Part shown: positions 1 through 12,061 of the stretch, in pieces
Layout: every line of letters begins with the position of its first letter
How positions within the stretch are numbered: position 1 is the stretch's first letter
From: Cystobasidiomycetes sp. EMM_F5
Lineage: Eukaryota
Assembly: GCA_051047955.1 (NCBI GenBank)
Contig: JBPGPT010000006.1
Span: forward strand, 434,001-498,000
Length of the DNA stretch: 64,000 nucleotides
Reading direction: 5' to 3'
Program-made: the position numbers and the translations under genes
Notes under the pieces: generated by a model
The model's database searches: none
Told to the model about the DNA's origin: nothing
The model's input: only the letters and a program-made list of their open reading frames with translations

Positions 1-612
1 GAAATTATCCGTCTTCATGATCTTGCGCGTGATGGCAGAAGCTTCGTCATCGTCGCCGCTGTCGAAGGTGCATTGTTCAGCACATCACATTCTGTGGGGA
101 ATTGTATTTGCATAGACGAACCTGTCTCCGTCCCTGCCCGCATCGTTTTTCTTCTGCAAGCCATAGGATTGTTGTTGCCCATCTGCGGCAGCTTTCCGCT
201 TCTTTCGTTTTGTAGAGGCAGAATCCTGGCTTCCAGCATTGACTTTCTCGACATCGATTCCGACCTTCCGCGTAGATTGGCGTAGTTTCCGTAGGGCTAT
301 CAGTTCCGCTAAGTTAGCGGGACTTTCCTCTCTGTCTCTATCGTCTTCCTTGTCATCAGCATTATTCCTGACATACAGCATATCCGAAATGCACATCAGA
401 GATCCGGTTCAAAGTCACCAATTGCCTGCCGGACGTGCACACCTGACTACTCCAGCGCCAGTGCTGGTTCCTTCTCCTTTATCATCTACGCCATCGGGTC
501 CACTTGTGGCCTCGTTTGCATTGTTTCCAGCCGTCCTGCGACTAGCCGAAGTGCCCGTTGTCTTGCGCTTCTTGAAAACCACGGCTGGAGCAGCTTCTGC
601 AGCTTCAGACAT
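1..612 (-). CDS. Tls1/C9orf78 (HCA59-domain) splicing-associated protein, 5' part, runs off the window start
   Basis: ATG at 612 (MSEAAEAAPAVVFKKRK). Introns 442-368 and 121-59 join LAELIALRKLRQSTRKVGIDVEK to DDDEASAITRKIMKTDNF, which resembles the HCA59 family lead-in. Confidence 0.7.
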
Positions 613-793
613 AACAGGAACTGTAAAAAAATGCTGGAAGCTTAACAAGTTCAAGTTGGTGCAGAGCGAAGTATCATTCCAATTGCCGTTTTGGTTGGCC
701 GATTCTTGGATCCGCTCAACTCCAGCAAGGTCACCACGCTCTTGCTTTCCTTGTACTTCCGCTTGTAGTTGCTCAACCCACACTCTTTTCAAT

Positions 794-1793
794 ATGGTGA
801 GCACCGATGTCGCGTTGGAAATCAGGTCAATCTGATAATGTACGACGCAGTCACGAGCAGCGGCCGTTAGTCGGCATTCCCAAAGGGAAATGGGGTAGAT
901 GAAGCTAATACACGCCTACTGAACCAAAAAGACAACTGATACGTAAATTTATCACAACTTCTAGCCGCTTCGCTTCCACAGCCGCTTTGCGGGCGCAACA
1001 GCGAGCTTTACTGGCTCCCTCGTCACGGTGGCGGAAAGAATGGGTCAAGCCAGCGTCTGCTTCTGGACAGTCTTCATACAAGGTTCTGAAATGGGTCAAG
1101 TTTGATGAAGGCGGCGAGGGTGCGGAAGAAGGTGACCAGCCGACCGAAGAACAGGTCACCGTTGCCATTACTGGCGCTCAGACGCTTTTGGCCCCGCCTA
1201 CCGCTGGCGAAAGCGCGCCAGATACGCCGTCGGCATCCGCCGCAGTTGGTAGTAGTCTTGCCGCAACGCCTGGCGGCTCGTTGCATGTGCCTTCAGTCGG
1301 TGGAGCGACAGGGACGACTACGCCGGGCATATCAACTGGGGCCAATACGCCTACTCTTGTCCCTCCGCCGCCCACCGGGTCACATCCTGTTCTTGGACCT
1401 TCCTCGCTGTCGCAGACCGTAGGATATGCCGCTCGCTCGCCTGTTGCCGAGCTGGCATCGGATCCCGGGGTCCCAGGCGATGAGGCATCGGACCCTGCTG
1501 ACCGACCGCCGACCACAAGGCAAACGGAGAGCCATTCGATTCAGGCTGATCTCGTGCCGGGACGCGAAGACAGGGGCGATGATTTGGAAATGGAAGCCGA
1601 ACAGCGCGAACACGACGTACGTCTTGTGCCGGAATTGGTTGGCGTTGAGGCAAGAGATGCAAGAACTGCGCTTGGTGTGTCTGATTATTTCTCCTATCAA
1701 TGTTAGATCCGCTAAACAATCCTTCCAATAAATCTAGGCATCAGTGACCCAGTTCATGGCGGGCCGCCGGAATTGACAGCGGCTCAAATGTGA
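794..1793 (+). CDS. Small conserved N-terminal domain plus disordered tail; BCL7/Rtt102-like candidate
   Basis: ATG at 794 is followed directly by a GTGAGC donor. The main exon encodes RWRKEWVKP...SYKVLKWVK. A last intron (~1675-1737) leads to ...ELTAAQM-TGA at 1793. The 5' micro-exon structure is uncertain. Confidence 0.55.
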
Positions 1794-2203
1794 GGCAGTA
1801 ACCTATGAAATAATGTCGTTGTAAAGACCTGCGTTAGTAATGTTATAAAGATTTTACTTCGAGTCTGCAACCCGCTTGTTTGCGTGAACAAGCCTTGCGG
1901 ATTCCGGGGTTGGCCATGGCCAATAACAGCAATCCGGATCGCGTGAGCAAACGCGTCTGACAGGCCCTCGTACGGCAAAAATAACTGATGCAGCTCAATT
2001 CCCACGCCTAGCTCTCGCTCCCAGCATTTATCAAACTTCTGACATCATCCGTCGGCCTCAGCGCATCAGAGTCTCTGGGATGCGCATCAGCTCTCATCAA
2101 AGCAGGCTACAATGCTGCGGACACCCCTAATCCCTTCGTCGGCACCTCTGAAGTCTCGCTCGTCGCTGCTGGGGTCACTGATCCAGATGTCCGAAAGACG
2201 CTG

Positions 2204-3435
2204 ATGGCCTACGGGCGAACTGGCAAAGGAAGGACGAAAACTGTTATTTCTGATGCTGGGGGCACGCACAGGAAGCGGAAAAGTCGGGATAGCGATCTCG
2301 ATGATCCCTTTCGGGAGAAGCCTGCAGTCAAGAAGGTAGTGAGCATGGAGTTTGACGAAGAGCTCGAGTATCAGGTAGACGTGCAGCCATCAACATCTGC
2401 AAGTCTAAGCTGATCCGGATCTGCAATCTAGTTCCTACACGACCGGTCTGTCGTTATCAATCGTGCGCCAGTCATGACGGCGTGGGCGACAGTAGTCGCA
2501 GAAAGATTGGGCTTCTCCAGACAGGAAGCGCTAAGCATAGGTGCGCCTGCTATCGTTACTACACTTCTGCCCATGCCGATGGCTAAGCTGCACTGCAGCC
2601 CACACATACACAAATATGAACGCGTCCGCAAAAGGCGTTTCGCTCGGCATATACTCTCCTGAGGAAGGGAAGCAGAAGACGCACGTTGGTCCTTCGCAAC
2701 CGTGAGGATTTGTATCTGTTGCTTGATGCAAAGTCCTCTGATCGGCTGTTCAGATATGTCGAACTGATGGGTCGCAAAATACCCATGCTATCGCTCCAGA
2801 CAGGTGAATGGCGAGGAATCGCAAACAGCGCCATAGCAGAACCAGAACAGGCGTTTGGCTACGTAGGATACCCCACTCCAATAAGGCTACCGGGACACAT
2901 ACTGAAGTCAAATGTATCGCAGATACAGCGCTCATTCCGTCACAACATGTCTGCTGCAATGGGAGCTTTTCGCCTGCTAGCTGAATCATACGAGCCCGAC
3001 GAACTGAATAAGGCGAGTCCATTCGCAGCATACTTTGAGCCGTCCTGACGACCGTTGCAGGCGGGCTACCAATTATATGCTGACTTCCGGCCAGAAGTAA
3101 CAAACTGGGGGCAGAAGGCACATTTATACCTGAAAAAGGTGTTAGATCTGCGAAAGGGCTCGCAGACGATCGAGGAAGACGCCAAAGCGAAAGAGGAAGA
3201 CGTCAAGGCCGTCCTGGACAACGACGATAACGAAGCACCTCAGGAAATATCCGTAAATGTGGAAGCGGCCGACGTATCTACTCCAAATAAGAAAGAGATG
3301 GATGAGAGCTGCGCTACAATAGAACAGGAGAACGAATCTCCTAAAAAGAAAGTCAAGTTGGAAGCACCTCCTGACGAGTTTGATGATGATAATGGTGGCA
3401 TCTCAGACAGCGATTTGCTGGCGCTTGAAGTGTGA
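2204..3435 (+). CDS. Conserved hypothetical protein, multi-exon, acidic C-terminal tail
   Basis: Spliced exons give VVINRAPVMTAWATVVAERLGFSRQEALSI, YVELMGRKIP and GYQLYADFRPEVTNWGQK. GT-AG introns lie between the ORF fragments. Confidence 0.7.
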
Positions 3436-3719
3436 TGCAGTCCGGAAAGAGCTAAAGACTGGCTTCCTGTTGTTGTTGTTGTTTACTACAAGCCGTCTCT
3501 TGAATGCATGACAGCGCGTGGTAGCTTAGCCATCGTCACGATCAGTTTGTCATTTTTTCAAGCCGCACTTCGCGTCTTTGAGACAACAACGGGCCTCCAT
3601 AGATGCAAAATATGCAGCATCTACTATATTACGAGCAGGCCTGAACAGCTAGACTGTGGCTTCACTGGTCTCTGGCCCGACATACGCTCACTCACCGTCA
3701 TCCGCTGGCCTCACCGTCC

Positions 3720-5922
3720 ATGACCGCTGCCGTACTCACTCAGTCTCCCTCGTTTTCCGCATTCCCGCGCTCAGTTGCCAGCATGAATTTCATGGACAGT
3801 CTACCAAATGTGACGCGCCAACATGGCCATGCTGCTGCTGGTAGACACGGCCGTGCAAGTCCACAGTCGGTATCAAAATCCGCCACAGCGAATGGTCATC
3901 AACGGCAGCAGTCTTCGACAAGCACAATGCGAAGTTCGTTGGAAGCGCATGTTGACAATCGCGAAGGAGACGACGATAGAGGGGAGGGATCCTCGACGGC
4001 GGCGTCTGCAATGTCTGGCGAGATCAGTGCAAAACTAGGGATGAAGTTCCTCGATATTGCAAGTCTAATCAAGGAGCCGTTGATATTCGTGCCAGCCAGG
4101 CTACCGGACGACAGTGCTCGCAAGATTCCGTATGAGCCCCTTCCTATGCGGCCGACAGTGGCGGCAGGGTTTCAAGCTGCTGTACGTATATAGTGACATA
4201 GACCACATAGTAAGCTGGCTAAAAATGCCACTATCTTACAGCTATCGAATTCGCACGACGCTTCATCTTCCAGTCTGGCGCGACCCAGCAGCGCGCCCTC
4301 GAATGCCATCAAAGGCACCTCCACCAGCCCTTCGACACCATCCTTGTCATCGTCGGCCAAAGGCAAAGGCGTTCTAAGAGACGGACACGCACATTATGGC
4401 GAGCCCGGTGCGGATGACCTACCAATGAATTGGCCTCGCAGCTTTCCAGTTGGACCTGGGTACCACAACCTTGGCAATACCTGCTTCCTCAATTCCACGT
4501 TACAAGCTTTGACCCATACCGCTCCTCTCGTTGCTTGCCTCATGAGCGATATTCACAAACCCCATGAGTGTATGTCACATGCATTCGTCTGACGGATTGA
4601 TCAGAATTAGACCGCTGAGCAGGCTATATAGGCAAAACTCGGATAGTACTGCCGAAAGCCAGGCTTTGCATTCTGTGCGCAATGCAGGGGCACGTCAAAG
4701 CTTGTTTCAAGCAAGGCCGTGCCGGTGGCTCAATAGCGCCGAATCCGATCGTCAACAACCTCTCTCGTCAGTATAGTTACATCCTGCCACATGCTACTAA
4801 ACTAAGTGAAAGTTACCAGAAATCGCCCGCAATATGCGTGTTGGAAGACAAGAAGACGCTCATGAATTTCTCCGCTTCTTCCTTGATGGTATGCAAGAGG
4901 CTGCTGCTGCAAACATGCAACCTCCTGCCAAGACAGCAGAGCGACGAGAGGGCGCACTTATATACCGGATATTTGGAGGAAAGCTACGTTCGCGGGTCAA
5001 GTGTATGAATTGCAAGACAGACAGCGACACATTTGATTCCTTCATGGACTTGTCGCTCGATGTTTCGAAAGCACAAAGCGTCGAGGACGCACTACGCGCA
5101 TTCGTCCGGACAGATTACCTCAAAGACGCAAATAAGTACAAGTGTGAGAAGTGCAAGAAGTTAGTCAACGCAACGAAGCAGTTTACGATTCATCAAGCAC
5201 CGCAAATCTTGCATGTTCATCTCAAGCGCTTCACACCGACCGGTAGAAAGATTGTTGGACACATTGACTTTCCAGAACACTTGCAGTTGTCCAATTTTAT
5301 GAGTTCTGATGCTGTGGATGTGAGTAGTACCAACTTAGCACCAAACTTGGCAGCTGATCATCGTAAATGTCCCGCACAGCCTGATCCAGCTTATCGTTTG
5401 TATGCCGTTGTGTGTCACAGTGGCTCCGGACCCCATTCTGGTCACTACTTTGCACATGTGCGATCGGGTCTACAGCGCTGGCATTGCATGAACGACTCTT
5501 CTGTCACCGAATCCAATATTGGCAACGTACTGAACCAGCGCAATGCATATCTCCTATTTTATGAACGATCCAACAGGCTCCCAGAAGCCGTAAGCCGTCT
5601 TCGTATCAAGCCTCCCCCGTTGGAACGCGAACCAGTACTACCTCTGGTCAATGGACTGGGTAAGCGCAAAGAGCGCGATGAAGAAGAGGCCGCCTCATCC
5701 CAGCCATTCGCACCTCGACCTATCAAGATGCATACTGGAGCGATGAATGGGCAGCGTAAGAGTATGTCTTCACCGTTCCAGCAACGACCCAAGTCGCTGT
5801 CGTCTCCATACATCAAGTCTGGAGTGAGTCCCATCGCCGCCGGCGGATTCTACAACAACAAGAACCAGTCTCACAATCGACCCCGTGTTATCGACCAGAT
5901 GATCGGGAGGCCACGCGGTTGA
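3720..5922 (+). CDS. Ubiquitin C-terminal hydrolase (USP/peptidase C19, USP36/42-like)
   Basis: Cys box GYHNLGNTCFLNSTLQAL, QEDAHEFL, CxxC pairs, His box HSGSGPHSGHYFAHV and MND. Confidence 0.92.
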
Positions 5923-6087
5923 GCGAGTTGCCATTGACATCCGTGACCGCGTACTGCCCCAGACTGTTGTTGTTGCCCATAGTAGACGTTCGTAATGGCA
6001 GAAAAAGAAATGCTCCCGCCTCCTTCAATTGAGCCTAGACTGATTTGGCTGACTCCTGGATGTCGCGCGTTACATGGCGAGTTGACC

Positions 6088-7610
6088 TCAAGGTACCGCA
6101 TCTTGAAGAAAGTTTGCAATATCTGCTATAATGGCACAGAAATGCTCATTCTGCTGAGCAACCGCTAAATCGCGCACCGTCCTGAAATCTTCGTATCTTT
6201 GGCCTTGTAGTGCGGCCTGGACGTCAGAGCATGCATTGCTTACATCCGCAGTGACTTTTGTCGTTGGCAAGATCTGTACGTCCTGTATTATTCCATGCTT
6301 GGCGGTGATATTGAAGTCCTGCCCGCATTTACATTGCTTCTTCAGCAAATGCGTATTGTTTCTGGCTACCGACCTACTAAACTTCCCCAGGCAAACTCGC
6401 CTGTCAACGATTGCGTGAATTCGGGCGTTTGTCCCCACTGCCAATCCCATGTTTGTAATTCGTCGTAGACCCTACGGACATAGTCCTTCTCTTTCAACTG
6501 GCTTTCGTTGACTTCTTGTATCTGGTGCGTCCCGCCATAAACGGATGTGAATTGGCCGGCAACGGCATCAAAGAATTTGTTGTGATCCAGCATGTTGTCC
6601 CAATGGTTAAGATTCTTGACTGGAGAAGGAACAGATTCGACGCCTTTGGAGATCATGCCGTCCTGAAGACGGTAATGAGCGCAGTTCCGACTTCTGAACA
6701 GACTATCCGTGGCACTATCCGTGGCCGGCACCTACATACTTTTCTACTGGACAGAACTCCTTTCAGATCACCCAGGCGTGCGTCAATGAGCATAGTACCA
6801 TGGTGATAAGCGCGAGCGTTGACCAGCTTGAAGGCCGATCCGGATACGTGAGTGCAGCAACATCGTTTTAGCCACATTCGCCCGAAATCGACAGAACAAA
6901 ACCTATCTTGTACCCATCGATGCAGATATCATTTCTATCGTTGACGTAGGTATTGATATCGAGACTATTGAGTGCATCGGAGACTAGCAGGGCATTGGTT
7001 TTTCGCTCGAACCTTACGCGAGGCATGAAGACGCAGTAATTAGTATTCCCGAGATCCTGCGTAAGGCCATGCTCAGTCATGGGAGTCGATGTGCATTTGG
7101 TACTCAAGCCGTACGTGATATACGGTCCCGCCTCCGCTTTTACGCCGTACAAATGGTATATCCAGCCCTCGCAGCGCTCGTAGGTTTATTTCTCTCCATG
7201 GATTCTGCTATTGCATGAGCGGCATGTATTGTGTAGGTGAAAAGCTGTCACAATCCACCTGGTTACGGCCAATGACGACACATGGATTGTTGCGGTACAC
7301 AAAGAGGATGGTTTGAGATGCGGGAGTATGTCGAAATATCCTGGCAAGTTGCAGTCAGTCAGTTCCGAGAATAATCATCGAAAAGCTATGTCCGATGAAG
7401 CACCAATCCTCGAAAGCTAGATTAAACCACGGGTCATGAGAAGTGGAGTGGTAGATTGAGGCATCCTGATGACAGCACATCAGCGAAGCATTTGAGAGGG
7501 TGAATATGGAGGCTGACGAAGCTGGCATCAGTAGAAGACCGTCGAACAGCTGTAGCTCCCGACAGCCATCGTTGCGGCCGGATAAGTCGTGTGAGCATGG
7601 GTGTGAGCAT
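6088..7610 (-). CDS. Mitochondrial lipoate-protein ligase A / lipoyltransferase (LplA/Aim22-like)
   Basis: Arg-rich presequence [17 protein letters not shown], then [43 protein letters not shown] and WQWGQTPEF. Confidence 0.92.
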
Positions 7611-7741
7611 ATATAGTCAACAAAACAGAGCAAGTGATTCAAGTAAGGGACTCGAAATTGATACCACATGCTGGCATTGCTAATACAGACATACTTCATC
7701 GTCCTAGCAAAGTAACAAAAAACCGTCACGTAAAGTTCCGC

Positions 7742-8779
7742 CTAGTATCCCATCGCATTGGGCGCGCTTTCGCCCTCCCGCTTCAGGCTAAGAATAACCT
7801 CCTTCATCCTACTGACGTCTTTCGTGCCTTTTGCAGCCGTCTTGCTTCTGCTGTCCTGCAGGTCTATAATGTCTGCGATCCGCTCCCAGGTAGTTCCCTT
7901 CCCGAGAGCGTCGTCCCTAGTACGCGTAAAAGCGGCTTCATTCTCCTTGTTTTGTGCAATCTGCTTCTCCTTCTTCTGATTGTACGAGTGGTAGAAGTCA
8001 TCGATGGCTCGCTCCGCTTTTCGAATCATTTCTTCCTTCTTTTCGGACGAACGCTGGTCTCGGTCCGCTATTTCGTCTTGCTGCCTAGCGCGCCATGCTC
8101 TGTGGCGGCGGCTTAAATGACTGCATATTTCGAGACGTACAACAGTACTTACTGTATCGCTTCAGACTCTGGTTCTGCAGGTTGTGAGCTGTAGGTTGCG
8201 GGTTGCGAGTATGATGATTGCGTAGCATGACCATTCTAGAGGCGGGCATCAGGTTGGCAATGCTGTCACAATAAACGTGAGCATTAACGCTCACCTGTTG
8301 TGCAGCTGGGGCTGCTTGCTCCTGCTGGACCGGATATGGCTGCAAGTCGGGATACTGAGACTGGAAGTGATGTATGGCAGGATCGTTATCGTCATCATCC
8401 TCAATGATTGCGCTGGAGCTTGGCTTAGGAGCTGCTGGTGGTTCACGCTGGAATGACGATACAAAGTCGCTTGATGGCTTGGTTTGTTGGGTTGTTGGGC
8501 TGGTCACGGCTGGCGACGATTGACCGCCGAAATCATCGTCGAGAGCTGGGAACCCGCTGAGTGCTTTGGTGTCGGTACCAGGACTGGTCAGGCCCGCTGG
8601 GACCCCGCCAAACTCGTCGCCCAGGAGCTCCCGCTCGCGCGCCAGAAAGTCACTCTGTGATCCGCCAGCTGAAGCGCCAAAGTCGTTGTCGAAATCGTCC
8701 AGCTAGCACGACATGAGCAGTCAGCATCAAGGGCTGTCGTGTATCGGTATATTTTGCCTACAGCAGGGAAATTCGACAT
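7742..8779 (-). CDS. CLC1: Clathrin light chain
   Basis: Acidic N-terminus (DFLARERELLGDEF), central coiled region, and GTTWERIADIIDL...DVSRMKEVILSLKR near the C-terminus. Confidence 0.88.
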
Positions 8780-8981
8780 ATTGCAGCTTTTGGTCGTGGT
8801 TCAAGCAACTCGTGGTCGTCAGGCACAATAAGGGCGATATGGGGTTCACCTTGCGCAAAGTCAAGCAGAAGCAACATACAATCATTAATCTAGTTCGATC
8901 GACATGACAAACGTGGTTTTTTGAGTTGCCCGACTGCCTGTGAATGGCAGGGTTGCGCTACCACCCGGCGTGCCATACCCA

Positions 8982-10782
8982 CTACTGCTCTTCCACGACT
9001 TTCCCAAAAGTAGCCGCTGCATCTGCGAGTACGATGCTACTCAGATTTGTAGAATCGTACTTGTTGTGCCATGTGAAGAGTAATTTTCTACCGACTTGAC
9101 GGAAAGCAAATACATATCCATATGCCTGCGCGTTTTCTCGTCAGTCATCGTGTATCCTTACGCGAACGAGCATCAGAAAGACACTCACTGATGATGGTAG
9201 GTCAGCGCACGTCCCATTCCTTGGTCTAGTCAATAAGCGTGATTCGCCCCAATACATATCTCCAGAAAGGCGTTTTAGTCGAATGTATGACATGAAGACC
9301 GGAGGTCTGACGAAGCTAGCCTCCATCTTTAAATCTTCCTGAGCAACTGCGCTGTCATCTTCATCGTCTATAGGGCTCGAGCACGCCCTGATGATCAGTG
9401 GAGGGAAGGTGTCCGAACGCCATTCGCCATAGAGGCTTTCAGCCGAGAGAGTTGCTAAATTTGATTGTGCGATGCTTGGTATAGTAGCTGGCTTGAAGGG
9501 GAGCCACTCTATATTGCGCGCTCTGCGAGGTTGCGACAATCAGCTCGTTTGACACCGCAGATTAAGGAAGCCGTCTACCTTTTCTCCCAGTCAGCTGTTT
9601 TCGTCATGCCGAAGTGAAGCTCAAGCGCGCGGAAAGCTATTATCGACGCTGTCACGACTCCTTCATACATTGTCGAGACTGCGATACTGATGCCAAAGTC
9701 GCGACCAGGCGTCCACAGCAGCACAGCAGCACCCCCAGGACCCGTACCAGTATGAGCCGCAACGTCGATCCCTCTGCTCGTCTTGTCAGTAACGCAAAGT
9801 ACGGGGCTTTACATTGATTTACCTGTAATGAAAGCGAGTGAGGCCATAGGCGTATAGCGGTGGCGACAAGTCATCATAAGCTGCCTGGCCATCCATGTTG
9901 TCGAAACCGAGCGTGAAGCCGCACATCCCTCGCCCTCGTAGAATCTCCTTCCAGGTATGGTGTCCCAGCAGCGTTTCTCCGCGTTCCTTTTCGTGACTGC
10001 TGGCGTTCATTAGGCACTGGAGCCATTTACACATGTCTTTCGCATTGGAAATAAGGCCGCCAGAGGGTGGCAGTCCCTGTCCACTCTGAGCATGCCACCA
10101 GCCCGCTTCCTTGGCGTCGCCATCAATCAAAGTGAACGCCGGTACACCTGAATCATCCAAAGCAGCGGGGTCATATGTGGTATGATCCATACCAAGCTGC
10201 TCGAATATACGTTTCTGAACGAAATCCACAAATGGAGTCCCGGAGATCGCTTCCACTACGTAGCCGAGCAATGCGAACATGTGATTGTTGTATGTCACGG
10301 ATCCTGCTCTCTCCAATGTACAGTCGAGGGAGGCAATGATCCTTAGGACTTCTGGTAAGCCGCCGTTTTCGACAAATCCGCCCACAAGGTCTCTGAGGGA
10401 GGTGTAGAGTCAGAGAACGCCGGCGTCTTGTACATCTTTCGACATACGGCGCTAAGCCAGAGCGATGCGAAAGAGCATGCGAGATTGTGAGTCTGTCTTG
10501 ACAAGCTTTCTCTCGCATACTGAAAGCGGGAATGATAGCGATTATCTTTGTATCCCATGTAAGCTTTCCCTCGTCGACCAAGAGCCCCAAAGCCACCGCC
10601 GTGAACAGCTTGGAACAGCTCATGTAAGGAAATAGAGTGTTTGCATCAACCTGGCCGCTCATTCTGCCATCTCCTAGACCGAAGGTGCGGGCATCCTGAT
10701 TGCTGCGAACAGCTATATTCATGCATGGGATGGACCATGTCTTCCGGATATGCTCTGCGTAAGTCAAGAGATCTTCGGTCAT
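8982..10782 (-). CDS. Beta-lactamase-fold serine hydrolase/peptidase (class C / PBP4-like family)
   Basis: SxxK (SCSK), ALSHRSGL, YxN (YNN), GGLISNAKDM and HTG (AAHTGTGPG) motifs across the exons. Last exon ends ...VVEEQ-TAG at 8982. Confidence 0.85.
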
Positions 10783-11103
10783 GACAGCACCTGGCTTGTA
10801 CGGAGAGTGGGATGTTGTTGAGGTTGCACAAGCGCAATGCAGCCGGAGAGCAGCGGTCTACAGTGTGTGTGACAGGCGTTGCTCAGAATCGCATCGTCGT
10901 TGGACGGATCAACGCATGTCCATTTTACGCTTTTGGCCATATTGCAGTATCGTTGTTCAACCCCTTGCCTATGGTGAGTGGGTCAATAGCCAACCCAAAC
11001 GGCCCCGCAACCATCGTAGCCCATAAACACGTCCAAATACCGCCCAAATAATTTGTACAAGACTGCATGTATGAAACCCGATATGCTGTACTCAGCAATG
11101 CCT

Positions 11104-11846
11104 CTACTTGTCTGCTATCACCAGGCTCAAGAAAATTCCCCACAAGACGCCAACAGCATTGGCGAATCTGCAAGGAAGTGTGAGCACGGCGAGTGCGCAC
11201 TGTAAAGCACGTCGAGACACTGACAGTATACGATGTTCAACCGGAATAATAGTGAAGCTGAGCAAGGAAACCTGCGAAGTGACCGCTCGACAGTTAGCAG
11301 GCAATAAAGACCAAATCATCGCACACGAGAAATGTTGCGCTTACAAGGGGCCAGACTTTCAAGGCAGCCACGCGCATCGGCCAGAACTCCTCGGCACAAG
11401 CCTGACCTATGTTCTTGCCTCGAAACCACGCGAAAGCGATAATAAAGATGTATGTATTTATCGTCGTGCCAACGACCTGATCTAGCAGGAACTTGATGAC
11501 TGTATTGCGCAAGTTGAGCTTCTTGACCTCTTGAACTTTGCGCGATGGTGCTTTCGCTTGCTTTGCCGGCGACATTGTCCGACCAGGAAACTTGTTCTCG
11601 ATAAACATCTGAAACTTGTAGTTTGGCGGCGTCGTCACCAGCGCGAACAGTATGAATTGCACGAGCGCTATCCAGTCGACAGAGAAGCCTGACTGGGATG
11701 TACGTTAGCCGCAGCAGTCAGAAAAGACGATTTCATGCAAGCTGTCTCACGTTGTCTCGCCTGGCCTTGAAGGCCTGTGCCATGATATTGGATAAGCCTG
11801 CCAGTCCTGCCGCCTGAAAGGCTGCCTTGTCAGATTGCGACGACAT
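11104..11846 (-). CDS. Mpv17/PMP22 family membrane protein
   Basis: LSNIMAQ, FALVTTPPNYKFQ, KFLLDQVVG, LKVWPLVS|LLSFTIIPVEHR and WGIFLS. Confidence 0.88.
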
Positions 11847-12061
11847 GCTTGATAAATGTACGACAGATATAGTGTAAAGCAAAGCAAAGCATGCATTGGC
11901 GACAACGCGTCGTACTATCGATCAGTGCTCGGCTAGCTTTGCCGATGAAGCAGCGGTACTACGCTGTTTCCACCCTGCCCATAACACCATTCCATACTGC
12001 CCTATTGTCCTCTCCCGTGCTGCCCAAGGCACCGTCCGCCCCAAAATTTGCCCGATACCCT

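Noticed and set aside
9580..9775. Suspected frameshift in the beta-lactamase-like gene
   Set aside because: Careful re-reading gives a continuous frame HTGTGPGGAAVLLWTPGRDFG, so the gene appears intact.
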